The notes under the pieces: generated by a model
What the model saw: the letters and a program-made list of their open reading frames with translations, nothing else
Database searches by the model: none
What the model was told of the DNA's origin: nothing
Program-made: the position numbers and the translations under genes
Assembly: GCA_051362555.1 (NCBI GenBank)
Contig: CM120640.1
Span: 1,612,001 to 1,676,000 of the forward strand
Length of the DNA: 64,000 nt
Direction: 5' to 3'
Source: Lingula anatina
Taxonomy: Eukaryota > Animalia > Brachiopoda
In this document: one piece after another, positions 36,067 through 49,417 of the stretch
Position numbering within the stretch: the stretch's first letter is position 1
Layout of the letters: each line of letters opens with the position of its first letter

Positions 36067-36273
36067 GACTGCATTCCCACAGATTAAAATCGATCCATCT
36101 GGATCGACGTAACTCCATGGAGGTTCACGCTAAAATGCTGTCAGCCGAGCGCACACAAAAGTTAACTACCCCCTTACAGCTTTTAGTAGGCGTTTAAGCC
36201 GGCTCAGCCGACAGCAATCTAATGAGACTCCCCACGGGGATAGATCGATCTGAAAATATATGGGAATGCAGTC
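36067..36273. mobile_element. Tourist/Harbinger-type MITE
   Basis: TIR gactgcattccca with TAA target duplication. Confidence 0.8.
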
Positions 36274-36484
36274 TAAGTTAACCGTTCAAAGAATTCAACT
36301 AAAAGATATTACTTCCAGAGAAAACTTGTTTTGAATAAATTAGAAAATATTATATTCCTTAATGTAAGAGTACCAAGTGTAGTGTGGAATGACATACATG
36401 TATTTTTGGCATGTACTCAATCTGTAATAAGAGCAGCGCGGTGGAAAATTTTGCATGAAATTTATCCAACAGGGAAATACTTAA

Positions 36485-36837
36485 AGGGATAATAACTCTT
36501 TTTTTTTGGCCAAAAAAATGAATTTTCTTGGAGTAAACAACAATTTTCCCATACTTACCAATGGTTCATGAATCCATTTTTACATCCAAAGTTAGTCCCT
36601 GTTTTTTTTCTAAAAAGTTTTTTTTTTTTTTTTTTTTTTTGTTAAAATCTCTTAATAGAGATTATAACAGAGTAAAGCCATCAATGGAGGTCACGCGGCC
36701 TAAATACATGTTCAGATATCAGAATAATAGCTATAACTGCCGTTTTTGTGGTAAAACAGAATATATTCTATTTCTATGAGTTGTTCACAATGTTTTTATT
36801 GTAAAATATATATCTCATAGGAAGAGTTATTATCCCT
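36485..36837. mobile_element. TTAA-flanked MITE (Kolobok-like termini)
   Basis: ttaa|agggataataactctt...aagagttattatccct|ttaa; second copy at 58370-58699. Confidence 0.8.
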
Positions 36838-37147
36838 TTAAAAAATGTAAGATTTCAGAACGTCTGTACAGGATGATAATTTTGCACTTCTTTGTAGAGT
36901 GTTCAAAATTTTCAAAAATATAGAAATTTATAAACCGTGAAAAACTCAGAAGAGAGGAAAAAAGGGAACATATATTTATCAACAAATATATATATATAAA
37001 GATAAAGGTTGCTAAGAATATCATTTTCCTATATAAATTTAGAAATGAAAGAACTTATATCGAGGCATTTTTACCATCATTATGTTTTATTTACTTGTAC
37101 ATACTCTAAATTGGTAAATAAATTTTAATTAAAACACTATCAACCAA

Positions 37148-37500
37148 ATGGAAAAAAAAGCAGGAAGAAAACATGTTCAAGCGATGAGCTGAAAGTACTG
37201 GGACTTTAAGCAGGAGGATCATATTTGATCTACTGATCTATTAGTCCCTTATTGTGTAAACTTGCATCCTGTGTTTAACAACGATATCAAATTAATTTCA
37301 ACTCCAGTCATTTTACGTAGTTTACAGAAAATGACGAAAAACTGAAGGACAAAAATCTTAACCTTAAAAATCTGAACCTTAGACTTATCAATATTTCCCC
37401 CTATGCTGCTGACAATTGAAAGAATATAGTTTTACTTCACTTTCTATTTGAAGATCTTTGACCTTCAACATAATGGAAAAAGAGAAACAGGAAAAGTACT
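37148..37500 (+). pseudogene. Two 5' stubs of additional Roc-TM-COR-CARD copies
   Basis: 37148-37222 reads MEK...MFKR*AESTGTLSRRI. 37473-37500 reads atggaaaaagagaaacag and follows sequence similar to the paralog 3 upstream region. Confidence 0.75.
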
Positions 37501-39044
37501 AATAATTCTGAAAAAAAGTCCAATATATTTCTTTCAATATCAGTCAGTTTCAGCAGTAATATTATATGATCATAATATAATTTTTTGTGAAAGGACGTGT
37601 TGTTATTTTAATGCCTATAAATAAAAAAGTTATGTTGTAATCAATTAAACCGGATGAAAAGTCTCCGTCCATAGGTAAAGAGGAACACATTCATTTAGCA
37701 CAACTAACACATCGCTGACTGTTAGAGGTGAAGTGTATGCAACAAGAACAGGAGTCCTTAGGAACCGTTCCCCATTACTTCAGCCCATATACTACTACTG
37801 ATACGACCAACCCTCACCCGTACTAATCATATGGGACCCCGGACATCCAGTTTTATAACTACCATTCCTGTTTCACCTGGTATGTGTCGACTTGCAAGGA
37901 CACGATGATCAGTATATGTGACCGGTTTCATTAATATCTAATATCTTTGTTAACTTTATTTTTGAACTTTTAAACTCTCTCTCTCTATCTCTATCTCTCT
38001 CTGTGCATTTGTGTGTGTGTATGTGGGAGTGCAAATGTGCACTCGAGCGCGTGCGTGTACATAGTTAAAATATAATTATGACAAAATATATGTGAAAGAA
38101 TGAAATAAAGTAAAAAAAATAGCATTTAAAGAAGAAGAGAAGAAGCAAAAAATGGAGCCATGTTGGAACGTCAGTCCCACCACCGAGAGGCAGCTACACA
38201 GGGACCAAAATATGAAATGAAAACATAAAAAAGCTGTTCCCTCCAACAGGCTCCAACATAGCCCTAGCCCTTTATCGACAGACTTATTAACCAAATACTT
38301 CTCCTTTTGTATACAGGTTGTGCACTACAGGTCTTTGTGGCAGTGTGAATAGGGAAATGTTTGTATGACCCAGTAACATTATTGTGAATCAAATTGATTT
38401 TTGAACACGTAACAATGGAACAAAAACGGCGTCGAACAGCAGATTGAAGAGTGATTCTTTTCAGAAAGTTTGCGAGATTGATCTAGACTTCCAAGCTGCT
38501 TGAATAACAAGAGTAATAGCCAAAACATCACCGCCATTTAATAGCGTTCTTTTTTTCTTTGAGGCTCACGTCTCCGTCGACAATATTCAAGGACGTGACG
38601 GCATTTCAACAAACTGTTGAGGTCAGTAATGCATCTTTGCATTCAGATCAGGATAGCTAAAGACCGTTGATGAAACAGACACGTCTTGTGGTATTGGTGG
38701 AATTACAAGTAAGAAACGGAACGGTATAGGACTATTGTTTTTTTTAGTAATCTCATAGTCTGATGCATTTGACAGACAAATGTACACATGGCAACTATGG
38801 AAAGCCTTGTCGTTTTATCGGACTGATGACAACAACCCCACGGATCATATCTTAACTTTAACAAACAAACGACCATCGTTGTTGTGGGGAAAATACGATT
38901 CTACGACAACCCTCCAGGAAAGAACAATATTTTCCACATTGTTTTATTTTATGTCTTCAAACTAAACATATTGGAAAAACTCACATCACATCAATCGTTT
39001 AGGTCACGTTTGACAGCTTCACAATTCCGTAGTCGTGTGCATCT

Positions 39045-42011
39045 ATGTACCAATATTTGATTAACACCAGAATGGAGAACGTAAAAGAAGTACAAGTCGA
39101 CAAGTTCAGACCATGGGGAGCAAGTACTAGGACGTTAAGCAGGAGGATCATTAGGAGAAGTGCAGATCTGCGTCACAAATATGAATGGAGCATGCAAGAG
39201 GGGCAAATTGATTTGGAATCTTGTAAAATATTATTCCTGGGAGATTCTGGTGTAGGAAAGACATCCCTGCAACGCTATTTCAGAGGAAAAGATTTCGTAA
39301 AAAGTCACAATACTACTCGAGGAAATGAAAAGCACCACGTGGAAACTGCCGCCGTAACGGACACTTGGGAAGATGTTAAGGACCCTGAAAATGAACAGCA
39401 CTATGCAGCTATGTACCTTACAGTGCAAATGACTGATAATTCTGCTTCTCTAGCAGTTGATCACGGATCATCATTTGATCAACATGTCAAACTTGTATTT
39501 GGATTGCTATGCATATGTGTTGCTTTTGCTTTCGCTCCTGTTGGGTTATGTTCTTTGAAAATCATGGGGTGCCTCTTCTCTACACTTGTGTTTTCTGGCA
39601 ACCTGCCCATGGGTATCAGATATGGCGAAGGTGTAGCTCTCAGTATATTTTACAGATATGCCTGTATCGAATTTCTATACGCTGACAGCAATATGCAACA
39701 GAGAATAGACAACCCAGACTTGTTCTTAGAATTCCAACTTGGCGTTCTTTGTTGTGGGTTGGTGGTAGGGTTCGTGTTAGGATTTGGGTGTAGGGCGGGA
39801 ACCTTATTGGTCTTCAGCTTTGTCTGCCTCAAAAGTCAAGGTAGTATTCTTAACTTTTTCTCAATTATTTCAAATATGCTCTATGAATGGGTCCATGACT
39901 TTAATCATGCGCTAACTGTGTTTCTGATTGTCAGCCTTACATTGTTTTCATGCCATGTGTTTCATGCCAAATTATGCCACGAGAAACGAAACATTAAGCA
40001 AATTTTAATTAAAGTTTTGCCCCAAGTCACTGTCTCAAATATCGCAATCGCCCTCTTTTTTCAGATTTTAACACAAGAAAAGTATTTAAATATGTACAAC
40101 CACGAGCGATTGATACTTGCTATTTTAACATGGACAGGGGCTGCTGTTGGTGTCTATATATGCAAATACATGTCAACAAACCTAATGCGGAGGCGGTTTT
40201 ACATTGGATTGCTCATTTATATTATAGCAATTATCGTGTGTTCTTATGTTTTACATTGTCTCATTTTATGGTATGCGGAAAAGCATGTCCATCATTATAT
40301 GATTATCTTCTTGGCTTGTTTTAGCAGTGCTATGCTAGAGCACACGGCAATGATGCTCATTGGACGGTCTCTTGCAAAAGTGTACGATTTGCCTTTCTAT
40401 ATACGAAGGGCACTGGGCTTTGTTCTAGGTGTCGGACTGGTTTATTTAATGAACTGGAAGGTCGCTTTTCTTCCTGGAGAATATATTTTAGATCAGTTGT
40501 TGTCTGTTGGTATAGTTGCTGCATTCGAGGTGTGGGGCTTTTGGCAGATGAAACAAGCAATGACAACGGGTATTGATCTAACCAAAATAAGACTGGCAAA
40601 ATCAAATTATGAGAATGGAGTTTCAGGCATGCATGTTAAGTTTGTGTTATTTGACTGTGGAGGACAAGAAGAATATCATTATTTCCATCATTTATTCATG
40701 CCAAAGAACGCAGTTTACATCATTGTATTTAACTTTGAAGAAGCCAAAAGACTTAAAGACGACAACGAACTGCGCGTGCAATTCAAAAAGCTTCGCTATT
40801 GGTTAAACTGCGTGTTGGCTCATATGTCTTTGCCTGAAACTAAAAAAAATCACAAACCTATCTTCATTGTTGGGACACACAGGGACAGTGTGGATAAGGA
40901 GATCAGACAAACGATTTCCAAGAAATTGACACAATTTTTTAAAACAGAAGGTCTCGACAAATACATTTCCTGGAATGAGGGTTCTCTGATATTTGAAGTA
41001 GAGAATTCGGGACAGTGCAAGAGGGACGTAGAAGGAAAAAGTCTCAGGGAGCAAATTGCAAGAATTGCTGTTTTAGAAACGCAAAAAGTCCAGATCAAAT
41101 GGCTTAAATTTTCAAAAATCATGCCAGAGTTATCTCCAATAATAAAGAAAACAGATCTGGCAGACGTTGTCATTAAGAACGGCGTCGTTAAATCTGAGGA
41201 CGAATTTGAACATTTTGTTGAATATTTCAACAAAAGGGGAGATATTTATTGTAACGATAATGCATGTGGCGATTGTCGAACACGGTTTGTCGTTTTGCGT
41301 CATGGACAGTCATGGTTTGTTGATTTGTTTTTGGAAATTCTAAAAATGATAGAGAGAAAAGAAAAGAAGATAGGGATCTTAAGTGAAAGTACTATGGATC
41401 AGGCATTAAACCGTAGAATCGAGACCCTTTCTAAGTGCCAATCACTGGCATTTAAAGAAACAAAACATTTAAAAAACATTTGTGGTAAACTTCTTGAAGA
41501 AAGTCAATTAATCGTTAAGGTCCCTGGCAGCCCGTACTATCTCGTGCCATCTCAGTTGAAAAACGCTAGCCAAGAAGACAGAGAAAACCTCTGGAATCTA
41601 TCGCAAGACAAAGAAATTACGTTTGGTTTGGACTTTGAAGAATTTGAACCAAAGCCAATTTTCTGGAGGCTTACTTCTACTCTGCTTAAAATGAGCGGTG
41701 ACAAAAATTTCACGGAAAGAAAGTTTCGGCAAACTGTGTACTCTGATTTTGCTGTCTCTACAGAGCCATCCACAGGAATCAAGTATAAACTTGAGATAAA
41801 ATCCATTATTACACAAAACGTGATTTTGTTTACTACACGCACAGACCCTTATTTACCAGCAGGTGCCATAGAACAGCAAACTTTTGAGGTCTTCGCTAAG
41901 CTTCACAAACAATTGCATCATATATGCAATACATCTTTCCCTGGGCAGAAATATTCCGTGGGTCTGGTCTGTCAGGAACAAGAGGAACACACTTGTTTGT
42001 GGTGGGAAGAG
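39045..42011 (+). CDS. Paralog 4 exon 1: Roc GTPase with inserted TM bundle, plus COR (intact)
   Basis: 989 open codons with the same motifs as paralog 2; donor GAG|gtgagc. Confidence 0.9.
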
Positions 42012-42256
42012 GTGAGCAGGTTCTGTTACCTGTATTAACAGTTCATGGTTTATAATTGAAATAATTATTTATATATTTAACCGAATCAAGAAATCAAATG
42101 CTTAACTGTGAAAAAGCGAGAAAGTGTCGTTGACGAAGTTATAGATTAAATATCAATCGCATCTAAACTTTACCTTGGTCAAGTTAGGGTAACAATAGAT
42201 AAAGTAATATAAAACAAATGTGCATGTGTATTAGGCAATGGTTGTTTTATATGTAG

Positions 42257-42391
42257 GATCACGTTCATATGTACCATCTGGGAGACCACAAATCTGGGTT
42301 CGAGTTATTTGATAATATTCCCAAGGGAATATCTGCTGTTTGTAAATGTGGCGCAGCCCCAAAGATGAAAATCTACCTGTACACTGGCAAG
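42257..42391 (+). CDS. Paralog 4 exon 2 (45-aa linker)
   Basis: atgtag|GAT...AAG|gtaagt. Confidence 0.88.
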
Positions 42392-42916
42392 GTAAGTAAT
42401 TTTCGTTTGCAATTCAATAAGATAAATTTTCCTTTGTATTTTTTCCGATCTGGCGAGCAGCACATTTTGATAAAATGACAATTACCATAGGCCTGAATAT
42501 ATGCATGATGACCCGCGTTAAAGCCATGTTTGACGAATTTAAATCCAACACATGTATTTGTGTGAGTTCTTTAAATCGTAATTTAATGGCACTGAGAGAG
42601 AGGGGGCAGGGAGAGCGTTATTCTGTTCGTTTCACTATACAGTTTTAATGCAAGATACAGCCACTTTACAATAAAAAATACAAGTTGTATTTTACAAAAA
42701 TAATTCATTTTAAATTGTTTTTTTCCTTTGGTTGGTCCAATAATTAAAAAGCATTCGTTGCCTTCTGTATACATAGTCCATGTACCCTGTATTGCAATAA
42801 GGTGTAAATCCGACCTGTGGCACAATATGTTTGACTTGACACAGACACTTCTAATACCAGTATGTCTGATGCCACTGAGCCCTTCATTTGTTTGTGCAAT
42901 GTTAATTTCATTTAAG

Positions 42917-43225
42917 GTACCCCAGGAAACCGAAAGACAGTTCGAAAAGCTCAGAGAAAATTGGACAAAAATTGAAGAAGACCTCGAACCTAAATCTCTC
43001 TTGTCCTACCTTTTTGAAAAGAAGGTTCTGGATGAAGATGATACGATTGTTATTCGGAATATACTTGAAAGGAAAGACAGGTGCCTTGAATTGCTAATTA
43101 GACTGTATAAATGTTCTCCAGAAAAGGAGCCTATGCGTCACTTGTGCACCATTCTGCGTGAAAAGTGCTCAAATCTGGCTGATCTGTTGGAGGGAGATGA
43201 CAGGGCAGTGAGAAAAATATTCTGA
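42917..43225 (+). CDS. Paralog 4 exon 3: CARD-like domain (alternative in-frame acceptor at 42926)
   Basis: LRENWTKIEEDLEPKSLLSYLFEKKVL...NLADLL; acceptor is aag|GTA or cag|GAA. Confidence 0.82.
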   Translation, partial: VPQETERQFEKLRENWTKIEEDLEPKSLLSYLFEKKVLDEDDTIVIRNILERKDRCLELLIRLYKCSPEKEPMRHLCTILREKCSNLADLLEGDDRAVRKIF

Positions 43226-43436
43226 AAAATATTCTGATATTATCAACTGGTTTCAATAGCAATATAAATGTTCAACGGCTGTTAATTTCCTTCGACTCGA
43301 AGTGAAGAAGATGCATATATATTTGTGATAGATTGATGGCTTGAAAGGAAACGATAAAGAACTGACCTGAATGGCACGTTTTATATCGATTTTCTTCTAT
43401 TGTAGATAAAATTATAAAAACAACCTTTGTAAAGTT

Positions 43437-46400
43437 TGTTACGTTATAATGTGTTACGTTATAATGTGATTGTGGTATCTCGTGACTTTTTGACCAATCG
43501 GAACGTTGCAAATTGCACGCTCCAGAAGAGAAAAAAAGGTCAAGGTCAAGTGAACGCAACAGAAGCGTTTTCTCCGCAGCATGGCGATACATGTACTGAT
43601 GACCGGGGCTGATGAATGGTGCGAGATTTGTCATTGATCTACGATTCAAACATGAGAAATATTCTGGGAAAAGGACCCGTGTACAACATGTATGGATTCC
43701 CAATGGAGAGAGGTATTTTGTATGTGACTGAATGACGTTTGCCTCCGAATCCGTCGATGCATAACTATTAACCCATTGTAGCCCTAGTCATCAAAACAAA
43801 CGGCAGCCATACTGGAGGGAGACCGGAATCGTCTGCTGCGCATGATCATGTCTACATGTACAATTTAGCATTTAATTTCTGTGTTTTCTTTGATATTAAA
43901 CCGAGTAAAATTACTGCAGGGTATATGATAGAGAGAAGATAAATAACTTAACAAGCGTTCACAGACTGCCTGCAGTGGTAACAATCCAAGGTGTAGGGAC
44001 GAAAACCGTAAACGGAGGAGAGACTGAGGAGTGGCTTTGAATCAAGACTCATCGTACAAGTAAAGGATAAAACTAATTTATTTTACAGCAAAGAATGAAG
44101 ACCCAGCTGTGCAGCCTTTACCATAAAAGAAAAAAGTAGAAAACCAATGACCGAGGTGTATAAGATATGAGCGCACGTACTCTGCATATTAGTAGTGCCC
44201 AAAAAGTCGTGGTGGAGAGTGTGTTGTAAAAACGTGTGGAAATACCCTGGCAGGGTTTCGACTTTCATTATGAAGACTCACTTATTGCCTTGGGTGTAAT
44301 TTGTTATCAGTTATGGTGCTCTTTGGATTTTATCTGCTGTCTGTCATCTACCTCTTTAATACCTGGTAAGCATTATTGTCAATTAGTGTCAAGGCTACAG
44401 TACTATGTACACAGCTCAGCTGGGCCAATTAAATCAATTACCTGTGTCATGTGTATTTGGAAGTTAGTGGCTTGATTTTAGATTTAGTGTAGTGTTAAGA
44501 GTAAATCTGTTTTGTAAGTATATATTCTAGCTCAGGTACCATTTAATTGAATGAACTTATGAAATGAATTTGAAAAATGTTGAATTCTGTGTTTTCCTAC
44601 TGTATTATGATGCAAGTTACAATATGAATAAAAATAAATATTGTTGCCTTTTTTGTTAATTTACATTTAGGAAATTAAGTTAATTAAGTTAATTTACATT
44701 TTCCCACCAAGCCACACCGAATTAAGTTAATTTACATTTTCCCACCAAGCCACGTTGAATGATTGGGTGCAAATAAATCTTGGTTATCAAAAAAAAAAAA
44801 AAAAAAAAAGGTGACAGGTACAGAAGGCAGCTAGATGGCACACAAGGTAGAAGCAGCGAAAAAAATATTCTTATATCTTTGTGACCAGCTGAGGAGACAG
44901 GATCTGAACATAAGGAGAGTGAAATTCAGTGCATGACAGGAGTTATTTAATTGGATTTGTTTATTTATTTAATTGTTCATTTGTTGTTTTAAAGTTGTTA
45001 TCCTGATAGCTTGCATACAACAAGGACAGGTTTTCTATTTATTTAGAATTGTGAGCAGAAGCACAAGAAGAAATGAAAACTCTTTTTTCTTTCTCATATT
45101 TTTAAAGGCTAAATGGAAAAGTTTGCAAGAAATATAAATTTTTGTATGGTGCACCTCCCACAGATGGTCTGATATGCAGAAACAGATGGCTGTTGTACAT
45201 GTAGGTTGTGCATTTTTAAATTGTGACCACCAGTTGTGGAATTCTCCTAAATAAAATTACAAACTGCTTAGTAACACCATCTAAGGCCTTATATGTACAT
45301 ACCCACACAGCACATATCAATTGTGAGTCTTCAATCAAGCATTTCTCTAGACATAGATTAAAATATACTAAACAGGTTTCTCAAATTATGGTGGCTTGAT
45401 TCGACTTAATATGCTCATGTACATGTTGCATTGCATCATTAAAAGTATGGAAATATTTTTCATGTCAGTGTTATCAACCAAAAGGAAAGGGACCCTGATA
45501 ATCTGTCATTGAATTGTGCAACAATGTTTTGCATTTCATGTTTACTTTTATCCATACAAAATGTGCATTTTCCTATATTTCCAATCAAATAAAGATCAAT
45601 TCATGAGCTGAGTTGTTGTTATGTTACATTTAATGTCAGAAGTTTGAAAAATACATTGCTTCTGTGAAGGTCTGGTCTAATAATAAAATGCTAACAATGT
45701 TGCTACTGTGAATGGTTGAATTCATGGTGAAATATTGAACTCTCAAACAACAGTCATGTTACAAATACTTCCTAATGAACCAAAATGAAGCACAAGAATG
45801 CTGAAATTTCTGACAGCTTCATGATGTACAGTTAAATAATATCTGACAGCAATATTTCTTGTCACAACCCTGCATACTCTCTTCTTTGAGTCCGTAAGGG
45901 TTGATCCCGATAGCTCAAATTTCTCCTTATATCTATCCTTTATGAACTTATGATTACACAGTAAACTCTCTAAAACTATAACTTTTATTACCCAATGAAC
46001 AAGAAAAATGAAGTACAAGATAACTGAACTAGCTTCTGACAACATTCCACGATGTTGGGATACAGGGGTAGGTCAGGATTTCACGTCTTTGGACTGTCTT
46101 GAGTTTATATGGGTCGATCACGCTGATCAGCTGAAGTTTTCACATGTATATACTATTTTCCTTTTGGTGTACTTGATCACGATATGAAGATTATTTCATT
46201 TTATTTGGTTCACCTATATTTACGCTACTATTCCCCGTCGTTCTTTCCCTCCAGAATGGCTGCTGGACGAGTGTTACGGAGCAAATATGACGTCACTGTA
46301 ATGGGTTAATAGCGGTGACAGTGTGACTTGGATTTTCATGAGAAACTGTGCCGCGGGAGAATGTTATTGAGGTGAACAATAATTTGTTTGACAATGTGGA

Positions 46401-46679
46401 TGTATTTAACTTTAAAGCGAGGAGGAGGATGTGGCGATAGGCCTGACTGCCCGAGGTGGCATTTATTGACATACATGTGTGCACCATCCATCAACTTCAA
46501 GACATTATAATCATTCATGTACAAATGACTTTTAAGATTAACTGTAATATTGTTTATTCTTGTTTAGCTTGTTATATTATGTTCTAGTTCTGAAAATTGT
46601 TATGTGTTAATCATAGCTTAGTAATATAGTAAAATTGTTCAAGAACATTGCTTTATGTTATGAGAATCCGTCCGTAACA
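43437..46679. mobile_element. Solo LTR (~700 bp) with nested element X
   Basis: tgttacg...cgtaaca termini and 4-bp AGTT duplication; the paralogous flank near 15650 shows the empty site. Confidence 0.8.
43768..46309 (-). mobile_element. Element X, copy without the ISL2EU insert
   Basis: ttaacccatt...aatgggttaa termini; reverse complement of 16513-16592 plus 22104-24335. Confidence 0.85.
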
Positions 46680-47942
46680 AGTTATCAAAACAACCCACAG
46701 GTTAACATCCTTCCTAACAACAGTGATTTTATTTCAGATGGGTGTGTAGCTTTATTATTAAGTATTTAACTCAAATGTAAAGGGGTGTTTTAAACAATCA
46801 ATGGCACATCCATTTGTCCCAACTAACACATTGCAGACTCTTAGAGGTAAAATGTTTTAAACTGTGCATTGTGCATTAATTACGGCAATTATATTGCGAT
46901 ATGTATCATAATAACAGTTTTGATTTTGACATTTTAATCCTTTGATAAAAAAAACTGTTATCGCTCATCTGAACTGAGCAGATTTCAGTAACATGCAGAT
47001 GAGCTATATGCGTTAGTTGTTTTCCTTAATGTTATATTATATTCATCAGAACATGATGGTGCTGAAGTTGCAATAATTGTTTAACTGTTCTTTATAACTT
47101 TTTTTACAATGTTATTGTGCAGGATTTGATCAGTTCTTTTTCGGCTAACAATGCCTATAAAAGCATGTTTTCACCCATCCACCCCTCCGCCCACCGAAGC
47201 AGGTTAATTTATTATATATTGTTTCTGATCACATAAAACTGGGTGATCCCTTGACATTGTGTGATTTTACTTATGAAAATTATTTGGTGGCAGTAACCAA
47301 TACGTACTTATAAGCGTAAGCGAATTAGAATATAACAACATTGGGACATAGGCAACATGGCGCCGTTCTTGTGAGCACGCTTTCCGCTTAGAGCATCATG
47401 CATCGTATTTTGCTTCATATTCATAAATAACGGAAATGTCACATTAAACACATACAAAAATGTCAGGGAACAGAGCACGCTGCGATCCTGAATCGGCAGT
47501 TAAACAGCGATGACATGAAATCGTCTCTTGTGTTCACGCTTTTATTTTATAATAAACATCGTAATTTGCTTAATATTCATAGAATTGGGAAAATGAGACA
47601 TTAAATGCATATAAAAATCATCAGGGAAGAGTACACGTAAGTTCACAGAGTTGGGAAAGCACACTGCGATCCTGAATCGGCGTTTAAAAAACAGCGAATT
47701 GACATGTAGTCGTTTTTCGTGAGTTACACACGAGTGAGTTGCAAAAAGTAGGGACCGGGTATAGCTAATTTTAATATTCATGTGACAGGGTCATTACGTC
47801 ATCAGTGGAAATTTCCACTCTTTCATCTGAATGGGAAAACGAAACTACATGTTAGCTGTAGGGGTCCATGTTCCACCCTACCCAGGTTCTTCTAATATTT
47901 CGCTTGTCACTGATGCATGGGAGAGGGAATATAACCACACAT

Positions 47943-49096
47943 GGCCAGAAATGCGCAGCATTCACGCGATACGCGAGGGCGCTTCAGTAGGGCTTCACGT
48001 GACTCAACTAGCCAATCACAGCACAACAATGGCATCGGACTCTGTGATAAGTGCTCAGCCCAATGTCAAGTTGTGTTAGTTCATGGCAACAAGCGTCTGA
48101 CGTGCAGAGAATTTTATTGTAATATATATTGTTCTTATTATATTCTTACATTATTAAATCTAACTCTGTATCCAAGTAGTAACTATACTGTACCAAGTCA
48201 GGTACTGATGATGTGCAGAGGTCATATATTCCAGAATAAGCCATTACCACTAATTTATAACTTTAATTTGTTTAATATGTTATTCATGAAAGAGTTCATG
48301 GAAGATAATTTTAATTTGTAAAATCGTGATCTTATTCTTTTTATATTCAAATAATTGAATAATGTGGGTAAAATTGGTCTTCCACTTCTTATTTGCATTT
48401 TTTCTTTTACTACAAGATTATTTTGGAACAGTTGCAGCATTAAAATTTAAAATAAATAGCAATCTGAAAGAAGGATTTTGCATTATTATTACATGATAAT
48501 AGGAATTTTGAATTAAGAGATTAGTTAAATACTGAGTAGTGATATTGTCAGTAAATTTATGTAGAATCTGAAAATATGATTGAAAATACTGATTGAATTC
48601 TTGGTCTTGCACTTGGCAGTTTCACAATTGTGCCAAGTACTTTTTTGGACTCCATTGTACATGTACAGTGGTAAAAGTTCTTCAATTCCCATGAAAGTTT
48701 TTAATCAGACTCTGTATGGTGCTGCTATCTGCTGGAGCTATCGGCAACGAATTAGTTTGCCTTTGTTTCTGAGTGAATCTACCGTCTAAAATCACTATTT
48801 CTGAAAATACATGTATGTGCGTTTTGCTGAGGGTAGGCTAGGCAATACACGGCAAACTTCTTAGTACGTGTGTACAACAGAATTTTTTAAAAAACCCTAG
48901 CGATATTTAGTTAGGAGTTGCTTGAAGCACAGAACAGCCTTGTTGTCTATCGGCATCAGGCCGTTAGTTTGTCAATTATCACGAATTACCCACAAATCGC
49001 GAACCCATTCATTTTCCTATGGCAATCTAGCAACCCATTAAAAGTGCACGCATGCGCAGTGGGCTAAGCGTGACGTCATGCCGTGCATTTCTGGGG
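47943..49096 (+). mobile_element. 1.15-kb non-autonomous TIR element flanked by AT
   Basis: at|ggccagaaatgc...gcatttctgggg|at; inverted copy at 59185-60330. Confidence 0.8.
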
Positions 49097-49417
49097 ATGC
49101 AAACACAAATCTTCAGTCCCAACTCTAAATTGTGTTTATTAAGTCCAAGCATTCAGATTTTATACCTTCTCGATCTACAAGGAATCTATCTGCTTATGCC
49201 ACAGTTGCAGCAACTGATTTACATACTAATTGTAATGCAGTAGTTAACAATTGAGGGTTTCTACAGATATCCATTTGTCCCAGGCAAACTTATACAAAGA
49301 ATGATAAATATTCATGCAAGACTGAAGCAAAGTGACTGATAATGCAATATGATGACTGATTATAAATATGTGATGTGTAAATGAGTGAGTTTATCACTTG
49401 CCTTCAGAGGACCTTAA

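Larger units (their letters stand above)
35790..37090 (+). mobile_element. Degenerate L1/Tx1-like LINE 3' fragment interrupted by two MITEs
   Basis: Relic peptides ILWNNTYI, WIKNGIIYIRDL, WKILHEIYPT, HFFVEC. Confidence 0.55.
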
